Virus genome (UHGV): UHGV-0116877 | Origin: a virus | Strand: one strand, 5' to 3' | DNA: 64,000 nucleotides | Part shown: positions 35,332-46,128 of the stretch, piece after piece | Layout of the letters: each line of letters starts with the position of its first letter | How positions within the stretch are numbered: the first letter of the stretch is position 1 | Made by a program: the position numbers and the translations under genes | Notes under the pieces: model-generated | Told to the model about the DNA's origin: nothing | Seen by the model: only the letters and a program-made list of their open reading frames with translations | The model's database searches: none

Positions 35332-35495
35332 GTCGCGGCCTCCTACTAGATATTGTATTTTCTTTTGAAATTCTATACTAATTATACAATAGTTCTGGGA
35401 AAAAGTCAAGTTTCTCCAGTTTGATATTTGACTTTTTCCAAAAATTACGATATAATATTAGAGTAAAGTTATGGACGCCCGTAGGAGAGGTAACA

Positions 35496-35618
35496 ATGGC
35501 TATGGTTAAAGTTTGTATCGACTACGAGTTCGGCATTGATTTGGACACTAATTCTCCAGAAGAGTTTGATGAAGAATTTAATAAACTTCGTGTAATTATT
35601 AAGGAAGATACTGAGTAA
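35496..35618 (+). CDS. small acidic protein, possibly a truncated gene extending to 35684
   Basis: AGGAGAGG RBS; the frame stays open 21 codons past the TAA. Confidence 0.6.
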   Translation: MAMVKVCIDYEFGIDLDTNSPEEFDEEFNKLRVIIKEDTE

Positions 35619-35763
35619 TTTGTTCTTTCTAATATTGATAATGCAACTATGAAGAAAAGAATTCTATTTGAGCTAGAAGAATAAGTGTCGAAGAGGAAGA
35701 AAGTTTGACTTTCTTCCTCTTTTATTATATAATAATATTATAAATATGAAAAGGAGAATTATT

Positions 35764-36258
35764 ATGGGATTTTTTGATGGGCCTTTTGAAGAAAGTCAAT
35801 TTCCTGTTCAAGTATGGACAGACGGCGCGTGTAGCGGAAATCCAGGCAAAGGTGGTGCGGCCGCAGTAATTCGATATTCAGATAATACGATAAGAGAAAT
35901 CACCTTTCATGAAGAGAAAAGTACAAATCAGAGAATGGAAATTAAAGCAGTAATTATTGCTATTTCAGAAATTCTTGAAACTCCTCATAGTGAAAAGAAT
36001 GTTGAAATATATAGTGATTCCGCTTATGTATGCAACTGTATAAATCAACAGTGGTATAAAAAATGGTTTGAAAATGGATGGGTAAATTCTAAGAAAGAAC
36101 CTGTCGCCAATAAAGATTTATGGGAAAGTTTATTTGATAAACTCAATACGCTTGAGAAAAATCACCAAGTTACTTTTGTTAAAGTAAAAGGACATAGTGG
36201 TGAAAATGTTTGGAATGAAAGAGCAGACCGTCTTGCTGTAAAAGCATCAAAAGAATAA
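35764..36258 (+). CDS. rnhA: ribonuclease HI
   Basis: TDGACSGNPG, TNQRME, SDSAY, N.DLW, VKGH...NERAD. Confidence 0.95.
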   Translation: MGFFDGPFEESQFPVQVWTDGACSGNPGKGGAAAVIRYSDNTIREITFHEEKSTNQRMEIKAVIIAISEILETPHSEKNVEIYSDSAYVCNCINQQWYKKWFENGWVNSKKEPVANKDLWESLFDKLNTLEKNHQVTFVKVKGHSGENVWNERADRLAVKASKE

Positions 36259-36292
36259 AGTAAAGGGCCACAAATATTACTTATAATTAGAG

Positions 36293-37150
36293 GTGATAAT
36301 GGTGGCCTTTATTTATAAAGTTACAAATTTAAAAAATAATAAAATCTATATTGGAAAAACAAATTACTCAATTCAACATCGTTGGCAACAGCACATATAT
36401 TCTTCTTATAATAACAAAGATAGTAAAGAGTATAATTTTTTACTTCATAAAGCTATCCGAAAGTACGGAGAAGAAAATTTTTTAGTAGAAAAAATAGAAG
36501 AAATTTCAGATAACGATTCCTTTGAACGAGAAAAATATTGGATAAATTTTTATAAAAGTTGTATTTTATTCCCTGATGGATTTGGATATAATATGACCTT
36601 TGGAGGAGAAGGTTCTGCAAAAATAAATTATTCAGAAGTTTTTTCGATGTGGAAGTCTGGATTTGGAAGTGTAGAAATATCCGAAATACTAAAATGTAAT
36701 AAAAAAACAATAAAAGAAATTTTAGAAAACAATAGCAACTATACAAGAGAAGAAGATAGAATTAGAAATATTGGAAAAAAAGTTTATCAATATGATTCTA
36801 ATGGTATTCTTTTAAAAGAATACCCTTCTGTGACCGCAGCGGCAAAAGAGTTTAAAGTAAATCCAAGTACAATAAATAAATGTTGTAATAAAGTTAAACA
36901 AAGTTGTAGAGGATACTTTTGGAGCTTTTCTTCAACTGATACTTTTAAAAAATCAGTTTTATCAACTTGGCAAAAATATATGATTGTTCAAAAAGATAAG
37001 GATGGAAAAATTATTAAAATATTTCCATCTTTAGCCGCCGCAGGAAGGGCGATAAACAAAAAGCAAACAAAATATATAAAAGAATGTTGTGATGGTATTC
37101 GCAAAGAAATGTATGGATATATTTGGGAATATTATAAAGGAGAGGTTTAA
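36293..37150 (+). CDS. GIY-YIG homing endonuclease with two NUMOD1-like repeats
   Basis: FIYKVTN...YIGKT...GYNMTFGG. Confidence 0.9.
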   Translation: MIMVAFIYKVTNLKNNKIYIGKTNYSIQHRWQQHIYSSYNNKDSKEYNFLLHKAIRKYGEENFLVEKIEEISDNDSFEREKYWINFYKSCILFPDGFGYNMTFGGEGSAKINYSEVFSMWKSGFGSVEISEILKCNKKTIKEILENNSNYTREEDRIRNIGKKVYQYDSNGILLKEYPSVTAAAKEFKVNPSTINKCCNKVKQSCRGYFWSFSSTDTFKKSVLSTWQKYMIVQKDKDGKIIKIFPSLAAAGRAINKKQTKYIKECCDGIRKEMYGYIWEYYKGEV

Positions 37151-38112
37151 TGATAAATGTTATAATACCATGTTATAACTCAACAGAAACTTTACCTAAA
37201 ACTCTCGATTCTTTGGTGGCACAAACGCAATCAAGATTTCTGGTAACGGTAGTAGATGATTGTTCAGAAGAAAATATGTTGAAAATAGTTAATGATTACG
37301 AGGATAGATTGAATATTTCTTATTTAAGATTAACAGAAAATGGCGGTCCTGGTGTAGCAAGACAAGCGGGAATAGATAATAATTCTATGTGCGAATATTT
37401 AATGTTTCTTGATGCTGATGATATGCTTATGCCGCAAGCCATAGAAGTATTAAATAGAGAAGTCAATAGAAATAAACCAGATATTCTTATTAGTGCTTTT
37501 ATTCAACAAAATAAGTATGGGATTGATAGGATAGTTCATTCTACTGAAACAGCTACTTGGGTACATGGAAAAGTTTATAATTGTTCTTTTTTAAGAGAGA
37601 ATAATATTCGTTTTCCAGAGGGATTAAGAATTAACGAAGATGGAGCTTTTAATACAATGGCTCTTAATATGACAGAAAATATTTACAGAACATCAGTAAT
37701 TACTACTTTATGGGTAGATAATAAAAGTTCTTTAACAAGAAAAGATAAAAACTTTGCAGTAAATTGTATTCCAAGCTATGTTGAGGGACAAGTATACGCA
37801 TTTAATTTCTTACTTGAGAATAAAGGAATAGTTAAAAATCTTCCACTTGGACTAGTTTATATTTACAACTATTGTCAAGTAATAGATTATAATAAATTTC
37901 CTTTATCCGATAAAATAGAAAAAGAATTAAAAGATTTTCTTTTAAAGATAAAAGAACTAGGATGTTTTCAAAATCAAGATTTTATAAGAAGTATAATTGA
38001 AACTCTTTGTGATAAAAAAAATACTTTTAATTATAAATATTTTGAAAAAGTTACTTTTGAGCAATGGCTTAAAAAATATGGAGTTGACCTTAATGAAGAT
38101 AATTCTGATTAA
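37150..38112 (+). CDS. GT2-family glycosyltransferase
   Basis: VIIPCYN, VVDDCS, G.GVARQ, FLDADD, ED. Confidence 0.92.
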   Translation: MINVIIPCYNSTETLPKTLDSLVAQTQSRFLVTVVDDCSEENMLKIVNDYEDRLNISYLRLTENGGPGVARQAGIDNNSMCEYLMFLDADDMLMPQAIEVLNREVNRNKPDILISAFIQQNKYGIDRIVHSTETATWVHGKVYNCSFLRENNIRFPEGLRINEDGAFNTMALNMTENIYRTSVITTLWVDNKSSLTRKDKNFAVNCIPSYVEGQVYAFNFLLENKGIVKNLPLGLVYIYNYCQVIDYNKFPLSDKIEKELKDFLLKIKELGCFQNQDFIRSIIETLCDKKNTFNYKYFEKVTFEQWLKKYGVDLNEDNSD

Positions 38113-38596
38113 CGGCGCGGGCGGAGTAGGTAAAGATACTTTTGTTCAAATTTGTCAAAGAGAACATCTAAAAGGACATATTTGGAATATCTCTACTGTC
38201 GATTTAATAAAAGAAGCTGCACAAATTATGGGGTGGAATGGAGAGAAAGATGAAAGAGCAAGAAAGTTTCTTTCTGATTTAAAAGATTTAGCCACTCAAT
38301 ATTCTGATTTGTCCGCCAATTATATTAGACAAAAGAAATCAGAGGCTGAACAGGAAGGCAATGTAGATGCTATCTTCGTTCATTGTAGAGAACCAGAAGA
38401 GCTAGGAAGATTAGCAGAGGAGTTTAATGCAGTTACTTTACTAATCAAAAATAATAGAGTAAAACCAATCGAATCTAATCATGCAGATAGATGTGTTGAG
38501 TCATACTTCTATGATTTTACTATTGAAAATAATGGTGGCATTTTAGAGCTTACAAGAAAAGCAGTCGATTTCTTAAAAGACGCGGGAGTTTTGTAA
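38093..38596 (+). CDS. deoxynucleoside monophosphate kinase-like P-loop protein
   Basis: INGAGGVGKDT...HCRE. Confidence 0.75.
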   Translation: MKIILINGAGGVGKDTFVQICQREHLKGHIWNISTVDLIKEAAQIMGWNGEKDERARKFLSDLKDLATQYSDLSANYIRQKKSEAEQEGNVDAIFVHCREPEELGRLAEEFNAVTLLIKNNRVKPIESNHADRCVESYFYDFTIENNGGILELTRKAVDFLKDAGVL

Positions 38597-38652
38597 TTGA
38601 CAAAACTCCCTTTTTGTGGTATAATTATTATAGAAATGAAAGGAGAATAATT

Positions 38653-39765
38653 ATGGAAGTTATTATAAATGGATATGATTTTTGGAATATGCCTAGCGAG
38701 AAATATTGGGCGCCTACTAAAAATACCAATTTAAAAGAATTGGTAAATAACGCTATCTTTTCTGGTGAATATGTGGGTTCTCGTAAGGTAGATGGTCAGT
38801 GGGCGATGATGATTAAAGATGAAGAGGGAAATCTTTATATTCGTCCAAGAAGCGAATCTGTCAACGGCGGCTATCCCAATAAAATTGATTGGGTTCCTCA
38901 TTTAAAAGAGCAGTTTAATAGACTGCCTAAAGGAACTGTTTTGCTTGGAGAAATTTACTTTGATGGTAATGAGGGTTCAAGGAAAGTAACTACCATTATG
39001 GGATGTTTAAAAGAAAAAGCTATTCAAAGACAAGAGAAAGGAGATAAACTTTCTTTTTATATTTTTGACATATTGGCTTATAATAAAAATCTTGTAGGAT
39101 TTTGGACTCTTGAAAGCAGAATTATTGAACTTAAAGCTCTTTCTGAATGGTTTAAAAATCCTTATATCAAATATGCGACTTATTATGATGGAGAGGATTT
39201 GTTAGATTATATTGCTTACTGCCGCGAGCAAGGATGGGAAGGTGTAGTTCTACAAAGGAAAGATGGAAACTATGAACCTGGAAAGCGTCCTGCTCGTAAA
39301 TCTATTAAAGTTAAGAAAGAACTTGATAGAGAGGTTGATTGTTTCTTAACCGGAAACTATAAAGAGGCAACTTGGGAATATAAAGGCGTTGACGTTGAAA
39401 ATTGGAAGTTCTGGTTTGACTTGAAGAATAATCAGAAAAAAGAAGGTCTTTTCTATGAAGATTTTCAAAGTGGCGCGCCCATCGAACCTATCTCGAAGGG
39501 GGCTTTCTTTGGCTGGGCTGGTTCTGTTGAAATCGGAGTAGTCAAGGGAGAAGAGGTTATTCCGATTGGCTGGATTTCTAATGTTACTGAAGAAGTAAAA
39601 AGAGGAATTGTTGAAGATAATTCTAGCTGGGCGCGCAGAGTAGTAACTATTTCAGCGATGAGTCTTGAACCTGATACTAAAGCATTTAGGCACGCAAGAA
39701 TTATTAATTGGAGAGATGAAACTGATAAGTCTTGGAAAGACTGTACTTATGACCAAATATGCTAA
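38653..39765 (+). CDS. ATP-dependent DNA ligase
   Basis: KVDG, LLGEI, IFDIL, EGVVL, KVK and OB-like C-terminus. Confidence 0.88.
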   Translation: MEVIINGYDFWNMPSEKYWAPTKNTNLKELVNNAIFSGEYVGSRKVDGQWAMMIKDEEGNLYIRPRSESVNGGYPNKIDWVPHLKEQFNRLPKGTVLLGEIYFDGNEGSRKVTTIMGCLKEKAIQRQEKGDKLSFYIFDILAYNKNLVGFWTLESRIIELKALSEWFKNPYIKYATYYDGEDLLDYIAYCREQGWEGVVLQRKDGNYEPGKRPARKSIKVKKELDREVDCFLTGNYKEATWEYKGVDVENWKFWFDLKNNQKKEGLFYEDFQSGAPIEPISKGAFFGWAGSVEIGVVKGEEVIPIGWISNVTEEVKRGIVEDNSSWARRVVTISAMSLEPDTKAFRHARIINWRDETDKSWKDCTYDQIC

Positions 39766-39815
39766 AATTATGGAGTCCTTCTAAAAGAAAATCACTTATA
39801 TTTGGAGGGATTAAA

Positions 39816-40883
39816 ATGATAAGTACAGATTTAAGTGGACAGCGTTTTGGAAAATTAATCGTATTAGAAAGAGACTATGAAACTCAAAGAGTAAAAAAGA
39901 GCAAAGATTCAATATGGAAATGTCAATGCGATTGCGGAAACATAATATCAGTGAGAAGACCAAATTTAATACAAGGGGCAACAAAAAGTTGTGGGTGTCT
40001 TTATTCTAAAATCGCGAAAGAAAAACAAGACAATGCTTTTTTATTAGAAATTGGAAAGACTTATAATGATTTAACTATTTTAAAAGATACTGGAAAAAGA
40101 AATGATAGCAGGCAGAGAATTGTTGAATGTAAGTGTTCTTGCGGGCGCAAGGTAGAATATGATTTGCCTCACATCAAAAATGGGCATTATAAATCTTGTG
40201 GGCATCATAAACAAATTAAAGACATTATTGGTCTAAAATTTGATAAATTAACTGTTATTAAAATATTACATGAACAAATTCCGAGTGACCCAACATACGA
40301 ATGTATTTGTGATTGTGGGAAAATATGCAATAGAAGATATTCTTATTTAACATCTAATAAAATAAAGTCTTGTGGAGGATGTGTAAAAAGAGAAAGTCTT
40401 ATTGGAGAAAAATTCGGATTATTAACAATAATACAGGAAGCAGAAAATAATAAAGTTCTTTGTAAATGTGATTGTGGAAATGAAATTGTCGTTAATAAAA
40501 GTAATTTAAAAAATAATCATACAAAATCTTGTGGTTGTATTAAATCTTTTGGAGAATATCAAATTGAAAAATTTTTAAGAAATAATAAAATTAAATATGA
40601 GAAAGAATATACTTTTAAAGATTTAAAAGACAATGATTTTCTAAGATTTGATTTTGCTATTTTTAATGAAAATAACAATTTAATAAAATTAATAGAGTGT
40701 AATGGAGAACAGCATTATGATAAAAATAATTTGCTTTATAATGAAAAATTGGCTTTACACGATAAAATGAAAATTGAATATTGTTATAAAAATAATATAA
40801 AATTAATAATTATTGATTATGTTAATAAACAAGAATTTTCAGAAAAATTCTTATATGAAAAAATATTTGGAGAGGAGAAGTAA
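39816..40883 (+). CDS. homing endonuclease-like protein (CxC repeats + Vsr/DUF559-type nuclease)
   Basis: repeated FGKL.V...C.CDCG...SCGC; RFDFAI...IECNGEQHY. Confidence 0.82.
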   Translation: MISTDLSGQRFGKLIVLERDYETQRVKKSKDSIWKCQCDCGNIISVRRPNLIQGATKSCGCLYSKIAKEKQDNAFLLEIGKTYNDLTILKDTGKRNDSRQRIVECKCSCGRKVEYDLPHIKNGHYKSCGHHKQIKDIIGLKFDKLTVIKILHEQIPSDPTYECICDCGKICNRRYSYLTSNKIKSCGGCVKRESLIGEKFGLLTIIQEAENNKVLCKCDCGNEIVVNKSNLKNNHTKSCGCIKSFGEYQIEKFLRNNKIKYEKEYTFKDLKDNDFLRFDFAIFNENNNLIKLIECNGEQHYDKNNLLYNEKLALHDKMKIEYCYKNNIKLIIIDYVNKQEFSEKFLYEKIFGEEK

Positions 40884-40885
40884 TA

Positions 40886-41158
40886 ATGGAAGGTAAAGTA
40901 AGAATTAAACTTAAAGTAGAAGATTTAGATTACGGTACTTCAACAAAAATTGATAAAGTAATTCAACTTTATCCAGATTTGGGCTGGGAGTGCGAGTTTA
41001 TTGGTGAATTTTCTTCTGTTTTAAATAAATTTATGTCTTTGCTTGGTTATTGTTATGATAAAGATAGAATTTTCCTCAAGAGTATTACCGATGATGAGTA
41101 TGATTATCTTCTCGGAAAACTAGATGAATATAGAGAAAAGGAGAATAAGAATGAGTAA
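40886..41158 (+). CDS. hypothetical protein
   Basis: operonic ORF with RBS. Confidence 0.75.
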   Translation: MEGKVRIKLKVEDLDYGTSTKIDKVIQLYPDLGWECEFIGEFSSVLNKFMSLLGYCYDKDRIFLKSITDDEYDYLLGKLDEYREKENKNE

Positions 41159-41540
41159 AGGAGAAGAGAAAATCTCTTCTCTTTTAAAATCTGCTCATAT
41201 CCCTTATGAGAAAGAGTATACTTTTCCGGATTTAACTTTTAAAAAATCTCTTTTACGCTTTGATTTTGCAATACTATCCTGCGGCCGCCCTATCAAGCTA
41301 ATTGAATTTGACGGAGAACAGCATTTCAAACATATAGCAAAATTTGGCACTTATTCAGATTTTAAGCATATGCAAGAGAATGATAGAAGAAAAAATTCTT
41401 ATTGTATAAGAAACAATATTCCTTTAATAAGGGTTCCATATTGGGATTTAAACAAGCTAACTTATGAATCTTTATTTAACACAAAATCATATTATGTTAC
41501 TTCTAAATTTCATAATGACCTATTGCGGCCACCTACCTAA
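41151..41540 (+). CDS. Vsr/DUF559-like PD-(D/E)XK nuclease
   Basis: SKGE...RFDFAI...IEFDGEQHF...D..KN.YC. Confidence 0.8.
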   Translation: MSKGEEKISSLLKSAHIPYEKEYTFPDLTFKKSLLRFDFAILSCGRPIKLIEFDGEQHFKHIAKFGTYSDFKHMQENDRRKNSYCIRNNIPLIRVPYWDLNKLTYESLFNTKSYYVTSKFHNDLLRPPT

Positions 41541-41615
41541 AATTTTATATATTTAGCTATTGAAATACACATATCTTTTGAAGATATGTGTATTTTTTAA
41601 TTAGGAGGGGAGATA

Positions 41616-41966
41616 ATGTTAGATGTAAGAGGAAATAAAGACCTCTGGATAACTAGGGGAGACGACGCATATCTTGATTTAGAATTAAGACAACAGACTT
41701 TCCCTTATGATATATATGAATTTGAAGACGCAGATTCTGCTGTTTTGTCAGTTAGGAAATCAAGAGATGAAGATGTCGATAATGATAACCCAATTCTTCT
41801 CCAAATTCCTCTTGAAAACGGAAGATTTCATATCTGTTCAGAAGATACTAAAGATATGGATTTTGGAAATTACAGCTATGATGTGCAAGTAACATTCTCT
41901 GATGGTAGAATAAATACGGTAATAGGCCCAAATATATTTAGAATTTTGCCGGAGGTGACTTATTGA
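41616..41966 (+). CDS. BppU-like baseplate/tail adaptor
   Basis: ITRGD...DT......YSYDVQ...G...T; first gene of the tail cluster. Confidence 0.7.
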   Translation: MLDVRGNKDLWITRGDDAYLDLELRQQTFPYDIYEFEDADSAVLSVRKSRDEDVDNDNPILLQIPLENGRFHICSEDTKDMDFGNYSYDVQVTFSDGRINTVIGPNIFRILPEVTY

Positions 41967-42346
41967 TGGCAAACTGTCCGGGAATTTTAAATAGAGAACC
42001 TCGATTAGTAGGTATATTGAATAATAGTATAATCAATAAAGGTGGAGGAGAAGCTACTTCCTTTATTGTTGAAGATATTCTTCAAAAACAAAAATGGATA
42101 AAAGTTACTGAAGAAGATAAATTTGTTTATCAATACTCAAATGAGAAGCTAAACAGTAATTACTTTATTCAAGTAACTCCAGATGTATCAGACCAAGAAA
42201 GCGTTGAAATAGCTAAAGCAGGTATTATGCAGAATATTTATATGGATTCTGATGTATCAAAAACAGTTTATAATATTTATTGCAAGGAAAGACCTTCAGT
42301 AGATATTAAAATATCTATATTAGCAACTAAAATAGGAGAGGAGTGA
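41963..42346 (+). CDS. tail-associated protein
   Basis: similar to the C-terminal domain of 44209-46113. Confidence 0.65.
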   Translation: MMANCPGILNREPRLVGILNNSIINKGGGEATSFIVEDILQKQKWIKVTEEDKFVYQYSNEKLNSNYFIQVTPDVSDQESVEIAKAGIMQNIYMDSDVSKTVYNIYCKERPSVDIKISILATKIGEE

Positions 42347-42350
42347 TTAA

Positions 42351-44195
42351 ATGGCAACAAAAGTACTCGGTACATTTAGTCTTCCTGGCGGATTAAGTTC
42401 TACTCAATTAGCCACTATTATTGACTCAATCGCTAAAACTGGCGTCTATGATGAAGCCACAAAATCAATTATCTTTAAAAACGATAAGAGTGATGAGTTA
42501 TTTAGTGTAGACCTTTCCGCCGCAGGGAAAGAATATACTGGTGGAACCACTAATACTGGTACTGTTAGTATTGACCCCGATACTGATGTTATTACTATTA
42601 CTGTTAATTCAGCTAATGTAATTGCGACAGAGAAAGGCAAAGCTAGCGGTATTGCTTCCCTAGACGCAAATAGTCTAGTTGAGCAAACAGCAAAGAAAGC
42701 TCAAGATTATGATACTACTGGTACTATTAAAAGTAAATTTGATAGTATTGATGGAAGTATCGGAAATATCCAAAATAAATTAGATGGACTTACTGGTGCA
42801 ACTATTTATTTAGGAAAAATTGATGAAGTAAATCCTTCGCAAGAACAATTAACTACAAAAGCTCAAGAACTACTTGGAGAAGAAAAAACTTTAATTGCTG
42901 GCCATACGATTATTGATGGAGACGGCAATGAATGGAATTATAACGGAACTCAATGGGTTGACTTAGGGACAAGCTATATTGGAACAGCAACTAATACTGA
43001 ATTTGGTATTGTAAAAGGCGGAGAAGATGTTTCTATTTCCGGCGGCGAAATGACTGTTCTCCACGCTACTGATGCAGATACTTTAGGTGGAACCGCAGCC
43101 AGTGAGTTCGCAAAGAAAAGTGAAATTGCAGGAGCAAATACAGTATGGGAAGTTGAGGTTACTGGTGATGCAACTGATTCTTCTAAACTTATTACCTTAA
43201 CAACTGCCAAGAAAGGAGATATTGCAGTTCTTGTTAGAACAGATATTGGAAATCCTGTTATTTCTTATATCTTAAAAGAAGAACCTGCTACTACCGCAGC
43301 AAACTGGGTAGCTCTTTGTGGTAGAGTTACTGCTGAAAATGTTGTTCTTGGTTATGAGCTAAAGACAATGGGAAATGGAGCTATTGGAGGTATTCCTGAG
43401 AATACAACTTTTACTCCTGAAACCACTATGAAGCAAATTCTTAATAAAATGTTTGTTAAGATTATTCAACCAACTGTTACTCAACCGAGTATTTCAATTT
43501 CCGCTTCTGGAACAAAAAGCGTTGAAGTTGGTACTAAAATATCTACTACTGTAACAGCTACTTTTAATAAAGGTAAATATTCTTATGGTCCAGCGGATAC
43601 TGGAGTAGCTCTTCAAACTTATACCCTAGTCCAAAATTTGAAAGGAACTAAAACTACTGTTGTTGATGCAGTAACTTCATTAACTCCATATACCGCAAGC
43701 GAAATTACAGTAGAAGACGGAACTACTTTACAATTTGACGCTACTGTTACTTATGGAGCTGGTGTTACTCCTTTAGACAATAGTGGTTCTCCTGCTACTG
43801 TTGCCGGAATTGCGGCTGGAAGCAAAAGTGTTTCTAATCAGCAGGCTTTTAGTGGATTTAGAAAATATTTCTATGGCGCTAAAACAACTATTGCAGATAC
43901 AGTAGATAGCGCATATATTAGAGGATTAACTAATAGCACAGGTGCTTATAATAATAACACTTGGAGTATCAATGTTCCAGAAGGAGCAAAAGAAGTTACT
44001 ATTGCTCTTCCTCAAGGAAAAACTCTAAGAAATATTCTCTATGTCGAAGGTATGAATACTGATGTTCTTTCTACTTTCACAATGACTACTGTCCCTGTTG
44101 AGGGAGCAAATAGTTTTACAGCTCAAAATTATAATGTATATAGAGTAGAAGTACCTGGTGGTATGACTGCTAGAACCTATAAGGTAAACGGTTAA
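42351..44195 (+). CDS. tail fibre/structural protein
   Basis: G/T-rich, WNYNGTQW, FGIVKGG motifs. Confidence 0.75.
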   Translation: MATKVLGTFSLPGGLSSTQLATIIDSIAKTGVYDEATKSIIFKNDKSDELFSVDLSAAGKEYTGGTTNTGTVSIDPDTDVITITVNSANVIATEKGKASGIASLDANSLVEQTAKKAQDYDTTGTIKSKFDSIDGSIGNIQNKLDGLTGATIYLGKIDEVNPSQEQLTTKAQELLGEEKTLIAGHTIIDGDGNEWNYNGTQWVDLGTSYIGTATNTEFGIVKGGEDVSISGGEMTVLHATDADTLGGTAASEFAKKSEIAGANTVWEVEVTGDATDSSKLITLTTAKKGDIAVLVRTDIGNPVISYILKEEPATTAANWVALCGRVTAENVVLGYELKTMGNGAIGGIPENTTFTPETTMKQILNKMFVKIIQPTVTQPSISISASGTKSVEVGTKISTTVTATFNKGKYSYGPADTGVALQTYTLVQNLKGTKTTVVDAVTSLTPYTASEITVEDGTTLQFDATVTYGAGVTPLDNSGSPATVAGIAAGSKSVSNQQAFSGFRKYFYGAKTTIADTVDSAYIRGLTNSTGAYNNNTWSINVPEGAKEVTIALPQGKTLRNILYVEGMNTDVLSTFTMTTVPVEGANSFTAQNYNVYRVEVPGGMTARTYKVNG

Positions 44196-44208
44196 GGAGG
44201 GAAGAATA

Positions 44209-46113
44209 ATGGCAAATTATACTGATTCTAATTTTAATTTCTTAGGCTTCCCTATGGGATTCCAGAGAGACCTTGGATTCGCACTTGACCGTTCAGAAGT
44301 TTTTGATAGCTATGAAGATGCTGTTAAGTACGCTACTGGAACTCTTGTGGATGCCGAGAAAGATAAAAGAAAACTCGCGCCTACTTCATATGTAGGTCAA
44401 AAGATTTCTGTTGTTACGACTGATTCTGTTGCAGTATATGTTATTGATACTGATAGAACTCTGAGAAGATTAGATGTTCAAGCAGTTGAAGTTGACGGCG
44501 CAGTTATTGTAACAAATCAGGAGGGTAAATTAACTCTTAATGGCGCCGAAGGTGCTTTAACAAAACAAGTCTTTGGTAAACTAGATAACGGGACTTTCGG
44601 ATTTATGGACATGACCGGCGGTGGCGGCGGTAGCGGAGATAGCTCAATTATTTCTGTTGGCGTTGGCTCTGGTCAATGGGAAGGAGACACTCCTCCCTAT
44701 ACATTTACAATTCCTTATTCTGAACATATGATTGATAGAGATAATCTCTTAATCAATATCTATCAACAAGACGGAAATGTTACTAAACCAGCTGAGGGAG
44801 TTACCTATGCTATCAATGAGAATGGAGATATTATTCTTTCTTCTCAAACAAAGCAGAACTTAGTAGTAAAAATTGCTGGTGGTGTTGCTGAGTCTAATGA
44901 CCCTGAAGCAAGACAACAGTTAATTACTGCTGTTACTTTAGAAGGAAATATTCTTACTTTAAAGAAAGCAAATAATGAAACACTTACTTGCGATTTGAGT
45001 TCCTTAACTCCAAATATTACTTCTACTGGTAATACTCTTACTATTACAAAAGCAAGTGGTTCAATCAATATTGAACTTGCAAATGCAGACCAATATTTAA
45101 AGAAAACTGATATTGGTTCCACCGCAGGAAAAGTAGTTGCTCTTGGTGATGATGCAAAAATTCCTTCTGAGTATATTGGGGACTTATTTATTACTGATGT
45201 ATTTACTGTTGTAAATAAATCTGATTTAATTACTCTATCAAATGCAAAGAAGGGAGATTTCGCTCTCGTTCAAGCTACAAGCAGTGAAACTACTGATATT
45301 TATGTTCTTAAAGATGAACCATATAGCACTATTGATAACTGGGTGAGAATGGTAATTCCTTGCGATGTTCTTTCTGTTAATGGAAAGACAGGAGTTGTCG
45401 TTATTGGGATTGACGATATCGCAGGATTAAGGACAGAATTAAATAAGATTGGTGCAACACTTACTGCTGACAAAATTGTAATTACTGATGCAGATGGGAA
45501 GTTAGTATCTTCTACTGTGGCCGCGAGTGAGCTTACTAAACTTGCGAAAATTCCAGTTGATTTTAATGTTGCTAATTATGAAGTTATCTCAAATAGAACA
45601 GATACTATTGAAGATAATACTACTGGAACTAAATATGCAAGCGTAGCAGCAATTAAAGCTTATGTGACTAGTAGAATTCAAGGACATACTCATAATGGTA
45701 CTGATTCTCCTAAAATTGCTTTTGGTAATCTAACTGGCACAGAAAATATTGCTACTAAAACAGAGATAAGTGATGCAATTACCGCTCATAATAATGACCC
45801 AGCGGCTCACGCAACTTTATTTGGAGCAAAACAAAATAAAGTTATTCTTCTCCAAGCTCAAACTCTCGCCTCTGTAAGCTGGGGAGAAGATAAAGGAACT
45901 TCTGGTTATTATGAGTATACTTTTGGTAATGCGGCTATAAAGACAAACACTAAAGTTGATATTGTCCCTGCTACTTCATCTATCGAGACTATTCTAGCTG
46001 CTGGTATTCTTCCCACAGTTCAGTCTGATGTTGGTACTGTAACAATATACGCCCAATCAATCCCAACTGATGATATTATGGTTGATATGTATTTAACTGA
46101 AATAAATGAATAA
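44209..46113 (+). CDS. tail fibre/structural protein
   Basis: VLSVNGKTG, H.H and HNN...AH metal-knot motifs. Confidence 0.75.
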   Translation: MANYTDSNFNFLGFPMGFQRDLGFALDRSEVFDSYEDAVKYATGTLVDAEKDKRKLAPTSYVGQKISVVTTDSVAVYVIDTDRTLRRLDVQAVEVDGAVIVTNQEGKLTLNGAEGALTKQVFGKLDNGTFGFMDMTGGGGGSGDSSIISVGVGSGQWEGDTPPYTFTIPYSEHMIDRDNLLINIYQQDGNVTKPAEGVTYAINENGDIILSSQTKQNLVVKIAGGVAESNDPEARQQLITAVTLEGNILTLKKANNETLTCDLSSLTPNITSTGNTLTITKASGSINIELANADQYLKKTDIGSTAGKVVALGDDAKIPSEYIGDLFITDVFTVVNKSDLITLSNAKKGDFALVQATSSETTDIYVLKDEPYSTIDNWVRMVIPCDVLSVNGKTGVVVIGIDDIAGLRTELNKIGATLTADKIVITDADGKLVSSTVAASELTKLAKIPVDFNVANYEVISNRTDTIEDNTTGTKYASVAAIKAYVTSRIQGHTHNGTDSPKIAFGNLTGTENIATKTEISDAITAHNNDPAAHATLFGAKQNKVILLQAQTLASVSWGEDKGTSGYYEYTFGNAAIKTNTKVDIVPATSSIETILAAGILPTVQSDVGTVTIYAQSIPTDDIMVDMYLTEINE

Positions 46114-46128
46114 TGGGGGGGGGGTTAA

